A stretch of DNA of 64,000 bases from an uncultured delta proteobacterium. GTDB lineage: Bacteria > Myxococcota > Myxococcia > SLRQ01. The stretch covers positions 576,001 through 640,000 of the forward strand of contig CAVSGM010000003.1 in the NCBI GenBank assembly GCA_963727485.1. The letters are read 5' to 3'. The position numbers and the translations under genes are program-made. This document shows, in pieces, positions 20,315 to 29,549 of the stretch. The notes below the pieces were generated by a model, which saw nothing but the letters and a program-made list of their open reading frames with translations, did not search any database and was not told the origin of the DNA. The number at the start of each line of letters is the position of its first letter. Positions within the stretch are counted from its first letter, which is position 1.

Positions 20315-20352
20315 CGGCGGGCGCGCCGCCGGCGTGAGGCCCGCCCGGCGCG

Positions 20353-20691
20353 CTAGCGCTTCTTGCGCAGGGCCCGCATGATCTTGGACTTGGTCGCCGA
20401 GTCCACCGGACGGGCGACCTCGTCCATCTCCTGGGTGTCCTCTTCGAGCTCGAGCCCCGCCTGGTGACGGCGCACCCGGCCGAGGAGTCGGGCCTCGAGC
20501 TCCTGGAGGGCCACGGCGGTGTCGGTGCCGGCCTCGGCCTTCAGGGGCAGGGCGGCGTCCGGGGCAAGGGCCGTTCCGGTCCGCATCCGCAGCGCGCGCT
20601 CCTCCTCGGGGGTGAGCTCCGGGGCGCTCCGGGTGCCGGGAAGCTCCGTCTCGGTGACGGTGCCGACGGGCCGCTTGCGATCGTGGGACAT
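20353..20691 (-). CDS. small hypothetical protein with a sigma70 region-4.1-like segment
   Basis: LTPEEERALRMRTG; basic C-terminus KSKIMRALRKKR; GAGG RBS; own promoter. Confidence 0.7.
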   Translation of the reverse strand: MSHDRKRPVGTVTETELPGTRSAPELTPEEERALRMRTGTALAPDAALPLKAEAGTDTAVALQELEARLLGRVRRHQAGLELEEDTQEMDEVARPVDSATKSKIMRALRKKR

Positions 20692-20754
20692 TTGGAAGAC
20701 CTCGCTGAAACCGCGTTCATGTGCGCGGATGACCACATCCGCCTCTCACCCTGG

Positions 20755-20783
20755 AGTCTACGAGGGGATGGCCGAGTGATCAA
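20755..20783 (-). promoter_or_regulatory. sigma70-type promoter
   Basis: Minus strand TTGATC-17 nt-TAGACT in an AT-rich intergenic region. Confidence 0.55.
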
Positions 20784-20892
20784 ATTTTCGACCGCTTTGG
20801 ATGTGCTCGGAATCACGAAAGAATTCCGATCCGCGGCAGAAAATCGACCGGGCCGGGGTGAACGGATGTCCCGTGGCGCGCCGGGCCGCCGC

Positions 20893-21939
20893 CTACTGGC
20901 CGTTGTCCGGCGGGGCCTCGGCGCCGGGGGTGCCGCCGTCGGGGTGCTCCGCGGCCTTCCTGGCCTCCTCGGCGGCGTAGGGCGGCCACCAGCCCATGGG
21001 ATTGATGATCGCCTTGGGCCGGTCCTCGAGGGGCCGGTGCTCGGGGACGTCGATGGGGTGGGGCGCGCCGATGCCGGTGAGGTTCCGGGTGCTCTCGAAG
21101 TGGAGCGTCGCGGCGCCGCCGCTGTCCTTCCCCGGGGGCACGGCGATCTCGGCCCGGAGGTCGAAGTGGGTGACCACGCCGGTGTTCTGGTCGACCCAGA
21201 TCTCCCCGGAGGCCATCTCGGGCTTGCCGCGCTTCCACACCGCCTCGCGGTGGACCAGGGTCTCGTCGGGCCCGCCCTTGGGGTAGACCGGCGGCCGCGC
21301 CCAGGGGGGCTTCGGCGGCGGGGCCACCGCGGGGTCGGCCTTCGGCGCCAGCGCCACCGCGTAGCGGACCACCGGGCGGCCGTCCTCGGTGCCGGTGCCC
21401 ACCTTGGCCAGCGCCAGCCGGTCGTGGATGAGCCTGAGCCACACCGGGAGCTGCGCCAGGGCCGCCTGCCGCCACTTCTCGTACTCGGCCTCGTCGGAGC
21501 GCCGCTCCAGGAACTTCCCGTGGCGGTTCTTCACGTAGGCGATGCGGTTCACCCAGCGAAGCTCCATCCCGAAGTCGTGGTCGTTGTCCACCGAGGTGCG
21601 GAAGTCGCCGCCGCGCGCCTGGTCGAGGGTGGCGGTCTCCTTGAGGGCCACCTGGTCGTCGCCGTGGGTCCAGGTGAAGGAGGTCCTGGTGACCGCGACG
21701 TAGCTCCCCAGGCGGTAGCGCATCTCGGCGGCGGGCATCCGGAGGATGTCGTGGCGGACCTTGGCGTCGCTGGCCAGCGCCCCGGCGTCGAGGGCCTTCT
21801 TGGCCTCGCGCTCGGCCTTGGGCGGCTCCTGGGGCGAGAAGATCCGCGCCTTGGCCCGGGCGTCGGCGGCGGTGGGGCAGGAGCCGAAGCAGCCGGGGAG
21901 GGCGGAGATGAGGACGAGGAGGAGGGTTGAGCGTCGCAT
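20893..21939 (-). CDS. hypothetical lipoprotein
   Basis: MRRSTLLLVLISALPGC lipoprotein signal; AKARIFSPQEPP; beta-rich body. Confidence 0.7.
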   Translation of the reverse strand: MRRSTLLLVLISALPGCFGSCPTAADARAKARIFSPQEPPKAEREAKKALDAGALASDAKVRHDILRMPAAEMRYRLGSYVAVTRTSFTWTHGDDQVALKETATLDQARGGDFRTSVDNDHDFGMELRWVNRIAYVKNRHGKFLERRSDEAEYEKWRQAALAQLPVWLRLIHDRLALAKVGTGTEDGRPVVRYAVALAPKADPAVAPPPKPPWARPPVYPKGGPDETLVHREAVWKRGKPEMASGEIWVDQNTGVVTHFDLRAEIAVPPGKDSGGAATLHFESTRNLTGIGAPHPIDVPEHRPLEDRPKAIINPMGWWPPYAAEEARKAAEHPDGGTPGAEAPPDNGQ

Positions 21940-21959
21940 GGTGCGGGAGATGGACCCTA

Positions 21960-24188
21960 CTACAAGAGCGGCGTGAGCGACTTGCCGGTCAGAAGCTGGA
22001 AGACCGCCGGGATCCCCAGGAGCAGCGCCGGCACCAGGGCGAAGAGCTCGGCCCGGCCGCCGAGCATGTCGAGGAGCGCCAGGGTGAGCAGGGCGGCGGC
22101 CCCGAGGAGGATGGCCCCGACCATGCGCCCCACCTGCCGCGGCCCCGACTCGGCGTGGGCGGGCCGCACCCCGGCGACGTAGGCCATCCACACCGCCAGG
22201 AGGTAGAAGGGCACGAGCGCCACCAGGTCCGCGTGGGTCCCGAGGTCGACCGAGAGCCGGTGGCCGATGCCCTGGGTCCAGGCGAGCGCCGACGCGAGCC
22301 AGGGGAGGGTGTGCCCGTCGCCGAGGCCCGCGAGGTAGACGAGCAGCGCCACCGCCACCCCCGCCAGGGCCCCGCCGGCGATGAGCCCCGAGCCCGCGAG
22401 CACCCCGGCCTCGCGCTGGGCCTGCCGGCTCTCGCCGGTGAAGGCCTTCTCCACCACCAGGCGGATGAGGCCGCCGACCATGATCGGCGTGGAGAGCTCC
22501 AGGGGCAGGTAGAGGCCCACGGCGAGCGCCAGGGTGGGCAGGCCGAGCATCTCCACCACCGCGGCGATGAACACCCCGGTGAGCACCAGCGCCCAGGGCA
22601 GCTTGCCCCCGAGGACCCCCTCGATGACCAGCTTCATCAACGTGGCCTGGGGGGCCGGGAGCTGGCCGGGGCCCGCGCCGAAGCCGTAGGTCTTGGCCAG
22701 CACCAGGAGCACCCCGCCCATGACCATGGCGCTGGTGGCCACGCCCACCAGCTCGCCGATCTGCTGGCTTCTGGGGGTGGCGCCGAGGAGGAAGCCGGTC
22801 TTGAGGTCCTGGGAGGTGTCGCCGGCGATGGCGGCGGCGACGCAGACGATGCCGCCGATGATGAGCACCGGGACCTTGGACTCGAGGCCGTGACCCATGG
22901 CCACGAACACCAGCGCCGCGAGGAGGATGGTGGCGATGGTCATCCCCGAGACCGGGTTCGAGGAGCTGCCCACCAGGCCCACGATCCGGCTGGAGACGGT
23001 GACGAAGAAGAAGGCGGCGATGGTGACGATGATCGCCCCGAGGAGGCCCACCGGGACGAAGCGCTCGGGGAGCACCGCCATCACCACGATGAGGACCAGC
23101 AGGCCCAGGCCCACCGAGCGCATGGTGAGGTCGCGCTGGGTGCGGCCGCCTGCCTGCTCCCCGGCGTCCTTCATGCCCCCGACCCCGGCGCGGAAGCTCT
23201 GCCAGATGGTGGGCAGGCTCTTGATGAGGGTGAACACCCCGCCGAAGGCCACGGCGCCGGCGCCGATGTAGCGCACGTACCGGCTCCAGATCTCGGCCGG
23301 CCCCATGTTGCGGATGAGCTGCACCGTCTCCGGGTACACCGGGGCGGTGAGCCCGGCGCCGAACAGCTTGATGAGCGGGATGAGCACCAGCCACCCGAGC
23401 ACGCCGCCGGCGAGCATCAGCGCCGCGATCCGTGGGCCGATGATGTAGCCGACGCCGAGGAGCTCGGGGGTGACCTCCATGCCCACCTCGGCCCCGGGGA
23501 GGAAGCCGAGCTTCGCCGACGGGTTCTCCTTCCACAGGCCGAAGAGGCGGCCATTCATCAGGAGCATGTAGAGGCCGCCGAGGCCCAGCCCCCCGAAGAG
23601 GAGCTGGGCCCGGCCGCCGCCGGTCTCGCCGGAGACCAGGACCTCGGCGCAGGCGGTGCCCTCGGGGTAGGGCAGGCGCCCGTGCTCCTTGACGATGAGG
23701 AAGCGCCGCAGCGGGATCATGAACAGCACCCCGAGGCCGCCGCCGATGAGGGCGAGGCAGGCGATCTCGAAGTGCTTCGGCGCCACCCCCCACATGAACA
23801 GCGCCGGGAAGGTGAAGATCACGCCCGCGGCCAGCGACTCCCCGGCGGAGCCGATGGTCTGGATGATGTTGCCCTCGAGGATGGTCCCGGAGCGCACCAG
23901 CCGGAAGAAGGCGAGGCCCATGACCGCCGCGGGGATCGAGGCGCTCACCGTGAGCCCGACCTTCAGCCCCAGGTAGGCGTTGGCGGCGCCGAAGACGATG
24001 CCGACGATCACGCCGAAGACCACCGACTTCACGGTGAGCTCGGGGATGGTCTTCGCGCCCGGGACGTAGGGCGGGTACTCGGCCCCGTCCACCTCCTCGT
24101 AGGCGAGGGGCGAGAGCCCCTTGGGCGTGGGCCCGGTCTCGGCGGGCACCTGGGCCCGCCCCTCTCCCTGCGTCGGCTTCCCGGCCAT
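21960..24188 (-). CDS. OPT family oligopeptide transporter
   Basis: [66 protein letters not shown]. Confidence 0.95.
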   Translation of the reverse strand: MAGKPTQGEGRAQVPAETGPTPKGLSPLAYEEVDGAEYPPYVPGAKTIPELTVKSVVFGVIVGIVFGAANAYLGLKVGLTVSASIPAAVMGLAFFRLVRSGTILEGNIIQTIGSAGESLAAGVIFTFPALFMWGVAPKHFEIACLALIGGGLGVLFMIPLRRFLIVKEHGRLPYPEGTACAEVLVSGETGGGRAQLLFGGLGLGGLYMLLMNGRLFGLWKENPSAKLGFLPGAEVGMEVTPELLGVGYIIGPRIAALMLAGGVLGWLVLIPLIKLFGAGLTAPVYPETVQLIRNMGPAEIWSRYVRYIGAGAVAFGGVFTLIKSLPTIWQSFRAGVGGMKDAGEQAGGRTQRDLTMRSVGLGLLVLIVVMAVLPERFVPVGLLGAIIVTIAAFFFVTVSSRIVGLVGSSSNPVSGMTIATILLAALVFVAMGHGLESKVPVLIIGGIVCVAAAIAGDTSQDLKTGFLLGATPRSQQIGELVGVATSAMVMGGVLLVLAKTYGFGAGPGQLPAPQATLMKLVIEGVLGGKLPWALVLTGVFIAAVVEMLGLPTLALAVGLYLPLELSTPIMVGGLIRLVVEKAFTGESRQAQREAGVLAGSGLIAGGALAGVAVALLVYLAGLGDGHTLPWLASALAWTQGIGHRLSVDLGTHADLVALVPFYLLAVWMAYVAGVRPAHAESGPRQVGRMVGAILLGAAALLTLALLDMLGGRAELFALVPALLLGIPAVFQLLTGKSLTPLL

Positions 24189-24236
24189 CCCGGGCCTCTA
24201 CCATCCGAAGCCACGGGGATCTAGCCTGGGACCGCC

Positions 24237-25133
24237 ATGGCCGAGCCCTTCGACGCGTCCCACCTGACCCACGGCGAGGCCGACGTCGGCGACGGGGTGC
24301 GCCTCCACTACGTCTCCGCCGGCGAGGGGCCCCTGGTCCTGCTCCTCCACGGGTTCCCCGAGAGCTGGTACGCGTGGCGGCACCGAATCCCGGCGCTCGC
24401 CGCCGCGGGCCTGCGGGTCGTGGCCCCGGACCTGCGGGGCTACGGCACCTCGGACAAGCCGCGGCGGGTGCGCGACTACGCCCCGGAGATCCTGGCCCGG
24501 GACGTGGCCCGCCTGGTCCACGCCCTCGGCGCCGAGCGGGCGGCGGTGGTGGGCCACGACTGGGGCGGTGGCGTGGCCTGGCTGGCGGCGATGCAGCACC
24601 CCGAGGAGGTCGAGCGCCTCGCGGTCCTCAACTGCCCCCACCCGGGGCGGCTGCTGCGCGCCCTCACCGACCCGGCCCAGCTCCGGCGCAGCTGGTACAT
24701 GTTCTTCTTCCAGCTCCCGGGGCTGCCCGAGCGCCTGCTCCGGGCCCGGGGCCACGCGGCCATCCGCCGGATCCTCCTGCGCGAGGCCACCCACCCCGAG
24801 GCCTTCACCCCCGAGGACATCGAGCGCTACGTCGAGGCGGCGGCCCGCCCCGGGGCGCTCACCGGCGGCGTCAACTACTACCGGGCCATCCTCCGGACGA
24901 ACCCCTGGCGGCTCCAGCGGACCTTCCGCCCGGTGGTGGCGCCGACCCTGGTCATCTGGGGCGAGCGCGACTCGGCGCTGGGGCCCGAGCTCGCCGAGCC
25001 CGACCCGGGGTGGGTGAGGGATCTGTGGGTGGAGCGGATCCCCGAGGCGGCCCACTTCGTCCAGGCCGACGCCCCGGACCGGGTGAATGCCCTCCTCCTC
25101 GACTTCCTCGGGGGCGCCCCTCCCAATCGGTAG
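24237..25133 (+). CDS. alpha/beta hydrolase, epoxide-hydrolase-like
   Basis: LLHGFPE, DLRGYG, GHDWGG, SWYMFFFQ, NYYRA, AAHFVQ. Confidence 0.92.
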   Translation: MAEPFDASHLTHGEADVGDGVRLHYVSAGEGPLVLLLHGFPESWYAWRHRIPALAAAGLRVVAPDLRGYGTSDKPRRVRDYAPEILARDVARLVHALGAERAAVVGHDWGGGVAWLAAMQHPEEVERLAVLNCPHPGRLLRALTDPAQLRRSWYMFFFQLPGLPERLLRARGHAAIRRILLREATHPEAFTPEDIERYVEAAARPGALTGGVNYYRAILRTNPWRLQRTFRPVVAPTLVIWGERDSALGPELAEPDPGWVRDLWVERIPEAAHFVQADAPDRVNALLLDFLGGAPPNR

Positions 25134-25202
25134 CTTGCCCGTTTCCTTCATCAGGCGCAGACTTGCGCGCTACCCGGGCGTCCGGAGTGTGCTTGGGGGA
25201 AA

Positions 25203-26343
25203 ATGCCCATGATCGGGATCGACTACGGGACCAGCACCACGGAGGTCGCCCTCTGCGAGGGGCCCACGCCTCGCCTCCTCGCCGACTCGGAGGGCCGGGA
25301 GACCATGCCCTCGGTGGTCGCCTACCTGCCCCGGGGCCAGCGCCTGGTGGGGACGGCCGCGGAGGCCCGGCGTCTCATCGATCCCGCCAACACCCTCCAC
25401 TCCGTCAAGCGCATCATCGGCCTCAAGTGGTTCGACCAGACCGTGGCCGAGTTCCGGGACGGCCACGCCTTCGACATGGAGGCCGGGGACGACGGGCTGC
25501 CGCGCTTCGTCACCCGGGAGGGCAAGCTCTCCGCCACCCAGGTCGCCAGCCACCTCCTCGAGACCCTCCGCGCCGATCCGCGGCTCCCGAAGACCGAGCA
25601 GGTCATCGTCACCGCCCCGCCGTCCTTCGAGCGGGAGCAGCGGATGGCGGTCACCGTGGCGGCGATCAAGGCGGGGTTCGAGCGGGTCAACGTCATCGAC
25701 GAGCCCTACGCCGCGGTGCTCCCCTACCTCGGCCGGGGGGGCGATCGCCGGACCGTCGCCGTCTACGACCTCGGCGGGGGCACCTTCGACATCGCGGTGA
25801 TGCGGGTCAGCGGCCTGTCCCACCAGAATCCTCGCCTCCGGCGGCGACCCCTACCTCGGGGGCGACGACCTCGACCGGGTGCTCGCGGAGCTGGTGAACC
25901 GGAAGGTCCTGGAGCAGCACCAGTGGGACGTGCGCACCAGCCGCGAGGCCTGGCACGCCCTCCTCGGGTCCGCCCGCCAGGCCAAGGAGCGCCTGTCCCG
26001 GATCACCGAGACCCGGATCCCCCTGGCCCTGGTGGAGCCGGTCCTCGCGGGCAAGGACGTGACCGTCACCCAGGACAATCTCCACCAGGCGATCCACGAG
26101 CTCATCCAACGCACCTTCGCCATCTGCGACGACGTCCTCCTCCAGGCGGGGGTGGTGGCCCAGCAGATCGACCAGGTGATCCTCGCCGGGGGCAGCACCT
26201 ACCTGCCGGCGATCCGCCAGGGGGTGGAGCTCTACTTCGGCAAGCCCCCCACCGCCACCGTCGCCCCGGACAAGGTGGTGGCCATGGGGGCGGCGATCTC
26301 CGCGGCGGTGCGGGGCAACGACCGGGCGCGCCAGGACGCCTGA
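25203..26343 (+). CDS. Hsp70-family protein, ATPase domain only; frameshift near 25827
   Basis: IGIDYGTS, TMPSVV, IDEPYAA, VYDLGGGTFD, then GGDPYLGGDDLD, ILAGGSTYLP and PDKVVAMGAA in the next frame; stop right after the NBD. Confidence 0.85.
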
Positions 26344-26434
26344 AGCGCGCCGGGGCCACGCCTCGGTCCGGCCGCCGACTCCGCGGCGCGAAAGGCGAGC
26401 CGTCCGCCCGCCGACCTGTGGTAGGAGGCCGGCG

Positions 26435-27214
26435 ATGACGCGCGTGTTCGAGACCCGGGACCCGGCCCGGCTCCGGGCCCTCCTCGGGCGCGACCCGGTC
26501 GCCGGGGCCTACCTCCTCGGGGACCTCGACCCCCGCTACCTGGGCGCCTGCCGGTTCTTCGTCGCCGAGGCCGGGGACGCCGCCGCGGTGGCCCTGGTCT
26601 ACCTGGGCCTCTCGGTCCCGGCGCTCCTCACCTTCGGTGACGCCGCCCTCGCCGCGGCCCTCCTCGCCGACCCGGCGGTGGCCCTCCCGGCGACCTGCCA
26701 CGTCCACCTGCCGGAGGCCCACCGGGAGGCGGTGGAGTCCCGCTACACCCTCGAGGCCGAGCGGCGGATGCTGCGCATGGCGCTGGCCCCCGGGGCCCTG
26801 CGCCCCCAGGCCGCCGACGGCCTCGTGGTGCGACCCCTGGCCTCCGCCGACGCCCCGCGCCTGGCGCCGGTCTACGCCGACTACCCGGGGCACTTCTACG
26901 AGCCCAGCCAGCTCGCCACCGGGGTCTACCTCGGGGGCTTCGAGGGTGAGCGGCTGGTGACCGTCGCCGGGACCCACGTCCACGCCCCGGGGGAGGGGGT
27001 CTGCGCCCTGGGGAACATCGTCACCGCCGCCGACCGCCGGGGGCGGGGCTACGCGGCGGCGGCGGTCTCGGCCCTGGTGGCGGCGGTGCGGCCGCCCTGC
27101 GAGGTGGTGGTCCTCAACGTCCGGGAGGCCAACGCCCCGGCCCGGGCCTGCTACCGCCGGGTGGGGTTCGAGGCCGTCTTCCCCTACCTCGAGGGGCGGG
27201 CAACCCGCCGGTAG
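26435..27214 (+). CDS. GNAT family N-acetyltransferase
   Basis: GNIVT...RRGRGYA, N..ARACYRRVGF. Confidence 0.85.
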   Translation: MTRVFETRDPARLRALLGRDPVAGAYLLGDLDPRYLGACRFFVAEAGDAAAVALVYLGLSVPALLTFGDAALAAALLADPAVALPATCHVHLPEAHREAVESRYTLEAERRMLRMALAPGALRPQAADGLVVRPLASADAPRLAPVYADYPGHFYEPSQLATGVYLGGFEGERLVTVAGTHVHAPGEGVCALGNIVTAADRRGRGYAAAAVSALVAAVRPPCEVVVLNVREANAPARACYRRVGFEAVFPYLEGRATRR

Positions 27215-27266
27215 GCCGGGGCCCCGCTTTCCGCGGCGGCCCCGGGCGGCGTAGGCTGGATCCGGG

Positions 27267-28814
27267 ATGCATGGTTGGGACGAGCTGCTCACCCTGCGGG
27301 TCGTCCGTCGCCTCGGGGAGATCGTGAACCGGCGATGGGGCCTCGCGGTGGGCGTGGTGGACGCCGCGGGCCAGCCGGTGGCCAGCGGGGCCTTCGAGGT
27401 GCCCAGGCCCCTGTGCGACCTCCTCCGGGCCCACCCCGCCGGGGGCCCCTCCTGCGGGAGCACCCCGGCGCTCCTGGTCGAGCTCCTCCAGCGGCGCGAG
27501 GACGCCGAGGACCCGGCGCCGGTGGTCTGGCGCTGCCACGCCGGGCTCACGGTGGTGGCGGCGCCGATCCGCGTCGACGGCGAGCTCCTCGGGGCGGTCT
27601 ACGCCGCCGGCGCGCTCTCTGCCGAGGAGGGCGAGGCCGCGCGGGCGGCCGTGACCGACGACGTCGCCCGCTTCGGCCTCCCGGTGGCGCAGGTGGAGGC
27701 GGCGGTGGCGGCGACCCCGGCGCTCACCGCCGAGGCCCGGGACTACCTGCGGGAGCTGGTGGCCCTGGTGGTCCGGGAGATCCTCGAGTACCGCGCCGAG
27801 GCGGCGCGCCGGGCCCGGACCCTGGCCGCGGCCACCGGCCCCAGGCGCCCGGGCTTCGAGGCCCTGGTGGGCCACAGCGACGCCATGCACCGGCTCTTCG
27901 CCCTGGTGGAGAAGGTCAGCCGCGCCGACACCACGGTGCTGGTCACCGGGGAGAACGGCACCGGCAAGGAGCTGGTGGCCCGGGCGATCCACGACAACGG
28001 GCCCCGGGCGCTGGGGCCCTTCGTGGTCCTCAACTGCTCGGCCCTGGCGCCGACCCTCCTGGAGAGCGAGCTCTTCGGCCACCGCAAGGGGAGCTTCACC
28101 GGCGCCGTCGCCGACAAGAAGGGCCTCTTCGAGGTCGCCGACGGGGGCACCCTCTTCCTCGACGAGATCGGCGACACGCCGCCGAGCCTCCAGGTGCGCC
28201 TGCTGCGGGTGCTCCAGGAGGGCGTCTTGATGCCCGTGGGCGACACCCGGCCGGTGTCGGTGGACGTGCGCATCGTCGCCGCCACCCACCGGGACCTCGC
28301 GGAGCGGGTCGCCACCGGCGCCTTCCGCGAGGACCTCTTCTACCGCCTCAACGTCATCACCCTGCGCCTGCCGCCCCTGCGCGAGCGCCTCGAGGACCTG
28401 CCGGTGCTGGTGGACCACTTCCTCGAGGGCCACGCCGCCGGCGGCCGGGGGCGCAAGCGCCTCACCGAGCGGGCGCTCGGGCGCCTGAACGCCTACCCCT
28501 GGCCCGGGAACGTCCGGGAGCTCCAGAACGAGATCGAGCGGCTGGTGGTCCTCTCCGGCGACGAGGCGACCATCGACGAGCAGCTCCTCTCGCCGAGGAT
28601 CCGCGGCGCCGGGCGCGGTCGCCGCCGGAGCGCCGCGGGTCGGAGCCTCCCGGAGGCGGTGGCCGAGCTGGAGCGGCGGATGCTCGCCGAGGCCCTCGAG
28701 ACCCACCGGGGCAACCGCACCCGGGCGGCGCGGGCCCTGGGGATCTCCCGGCGCAACCTCATCCGCAAGATCCAGCGCTTCGACCTCGAGGGCGACGGGG
28801 AGACCGCCACGTGA
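27267..28814 (+). CDS. sigma54-dependent Fis-family activator with N-terminal PocR-like sensor
   Basis: LC...C...RCHAGL..APIRVDGELLG (PocR), GENGTGKE, ESELFGHRKGSFTGA, LFLDEIG, WPGNVREL, C-terminal HTH. Confidence 0.9.
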   Translation: MHGWDELLTLRVVRRLGEIVNRRWGLAVGVVDAAGQPVASGAFEVPRPLCDLLRAHPAGGPSCGSTPALLVELLQRREDAEDPAPVVWRCHAGLTVVAAPIRVDGELLGAVYAAGALSAEEGEAARAAVTDDVARFGLPVAQVEAAVAATPALTAEARDYLRELVALVVREILEYRAEAARRARTLAAATGPRRPGFEALVGHSDAMHRLFALVEKVSRADTTVLVTGENGTGKELVARAIHDNGPRALGPFVVLNCSALAPTLLESELFGHRKGSFTGAVADKKGLFEVADGGTLFLDEIGDTPPSLQVRLLRVLQEGVLMPVGDTRPVSVDVRIVAATHRDLAERVATGAFREDLFYRLNVITLRLPPLRERLEDLPVLVDHFLEGHAAGGRGRKRLTERALGRLNAYPWPGNVRELQNEIERLVVLSGDEATIDEQLLSPRIRGAGRGRRRSAAGRSLPEAVAELERRMLAEALETHRGNRTRAARALGISRRNLIRKIQRFDLEGDGETAT

Positions 28815-29542
28815 GCGCCCCGGAGGCCGCCGCCGTCGGCGCCAAGTCGCCCGCCGGGCCGGGGGACGACGCCCGCCGGGCCCGCCTCCTCGAAGCCGAG
28901 CTGGCGGCCATCCCCCGGTGGTACAGCCCCTGGGGCCACCTGGCGGTGACCAGCGTCTTCGGCCTGGGGATGGTGGTGGCGAGCCTCCTGCTGCTGCGGG
29001 GGGCGACCCTCGACGCCTGGCTCACCGTGCCGGTGGCCTTCGTGGTCGCCAACGCCACCGAGTGGTGGGCCCACAAGCACCTCCTCCACCACCGCAGCCG
29101 CCTGGCCCCGGTGCTCTACGACCGGCACACCCCGGTGCACCACGTGATCTACGTGGACGGCGCCATGGCGATGCGCGGCTGGCAGGAGATGCGCCTGGTG
29201 CTCATCCCCGCCTACGGCATCCTGCTGGTGGCGCTGGGGACCCTGCCGGTGGCGGTGGGCCTGTGGTGGCTGGGGTGGCGCAACGTGGGGCTCCTGTGGC
29301 TCGCGACCACCGTGGGCTACGTGGTGCTCTACGAGTGGCTCCACCTCTGCTACCACCTCCCCGAGGGCCACCCCCTCGGGCGCCTGGGGATCCTCAGGCG
29401 CCTGGCCCGGCACCACTCGGTCCACCACGATCCCCGGAAGATGCAGCGGTACAACTTCAACGTCACCGTGCCGCTCTGGGACCTGGTCCGGGGCACCCTG
29501 GCCCCCGAGGACGCGCCGGCCGACGGGGACGAGGTGGTATGA
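28811..29542 (+). CDS. sterol desaturase / fatty acid hydroxylase family protein
   Basis: His boxes EWWAHKHLLH, HTPVHH, YEWLHLCYH, RHHSVHH; NFNVT..WD; GTGA overlap with the upstream gene. Confidence 0.85.
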   Translation: MSAPEAAAVGAKSPAGPGDDARRARLLEAELAAIPRWYSPWGHLAVTSVFGLGMVVASLLLLRGATLDAWLTVPVAFVVANATEWWAHKHLLHHRSRLAPVLYDRHTPVHHVIYVDGAMAMRGWQEMRLVLIPAYGILLVALGTLPVAVGLWWLGWRNVGLLWLATTVGYVVLYEWLHLCYHLPEGHPLGRLGILRRLARHHSVHHDPRKMQRYNFNVTVPLWDLVRGTLAPEDAPADGDEVV

Positions 29543-29549
29543 TCCCCGC

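Noticed and set aside
20893..24204. 1103-aa ORF overlapping the OPT transporter
   Set aside because: Only the last ~348 aa (lipoprotein from ATG 21939) is protein-like; the rest is an Arg/Gly/Pro-rich shadow frame.
26344..26434. GC-rich intergenic stretch with a GAAA-loop-like hairpin (possible riboswitch)
   Set aside because: No recognisable riboswitch consensus; pairing is expected by chance at this GC content.
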